A program made the position numbers and the translations under genes. The notes beneath the pieces were generated by a model. It was not told the DNA's origin and ran no database searches. It saw nothing but the letters and a program-made list of their open reading frames with translations. Below, piece by piece: positions 63,859 through 64,000 of a stretch of DNA of 64,000 nucleotides. This DNA is from an uncultured Thermoleophilia bacterium (GTDB lineage: Bacteria > Actinomycetota > Thermoleophilia > UBA2241), in contig CAVQSP010000008.1 of NCBI GenBank assembly GCA_963715985.1, positions 64,001 through 128,000 on the forward strand, read 5' to 3'. Each line of letters starts with the position of its first letter. Within the stretch, counting starts at the first letter, position 1.

Positions 63859-64000
63859 CTACTTCTGCGCGAACACCATGATGCTGCCGGTGTAGCAGCA
63901 CACCCACACGCTCTTCGTGGGCGTGTCGTAGGTGATGCCGATGGGCAGTGCGTTGGTGCCCACGCTGTCGATCACCTTCATGTCCCTGGTGCGCACCTGG
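63859..64000 (-). CDS. C-terminal end of a YVTN/YncE beta-propeller-like protein (partial)
   Basis: MKVIDSVGTNALPIGITYDTPTKSVWVCCYTGSIMVFAQK*. Confidence 0.6.
   Translation of the reverse strand, partial: QVRTRDMKVIDSVGTNALPIGITYDTPTKSVWVCCYTGSIMVFAQK

Overview
GC-rich (about 70% by eye) bacterial chromosomal segment. Gene content and promoter style suggest an anaerobic or facultative Actinomycetota lineage, possibly Thermoleophilia-like (inference). It is mostly housekeeping and metabolic: a Dpp/Opp peptide ABC operon with two binding proteins beside an Ala-Glu epimerase, fabI, an ECF sigma/anti-sigma pair, murB, Rrf2-metY-metX-metW, a cold-shock protein, YhaM, a triple-GAF diguanylate cyclase, etfB-etfA-acyl-CoA dehydrogenase, gltX, typA, rpiA and a small decayed defence-like patch. 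No CRISPR array, rRNA, tRNA or intact transposase was seen. The main highlights are: (1) a six-gene operon (45770-51544) joining a tungsten-type aldehyde:ferredoxin oxidoreductase to a HydABC/NuoEFG-like electron-bifurcating module whose flavoprotein has CGEAS instead of CGEET, predicting NADP(H) use; (2) a BCP-type peroxiredoxin, missed by the ORF track, with TGA (selenocysteine) at the catalytic site and a SECIS-like hairpin, preceded by a degenerate mini-paralog lacking the active site; (3) an ECF sigma factor that appears to start at ATC; (4) a cold-shock protein with a roughly 80-residue acidic repeat tail. Nine ordinary genes each carry one extra base, most likely assembly error, so all single-base observations need read-level confirmation. 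All calls come from manual reading and motif recognition, with no database searches.
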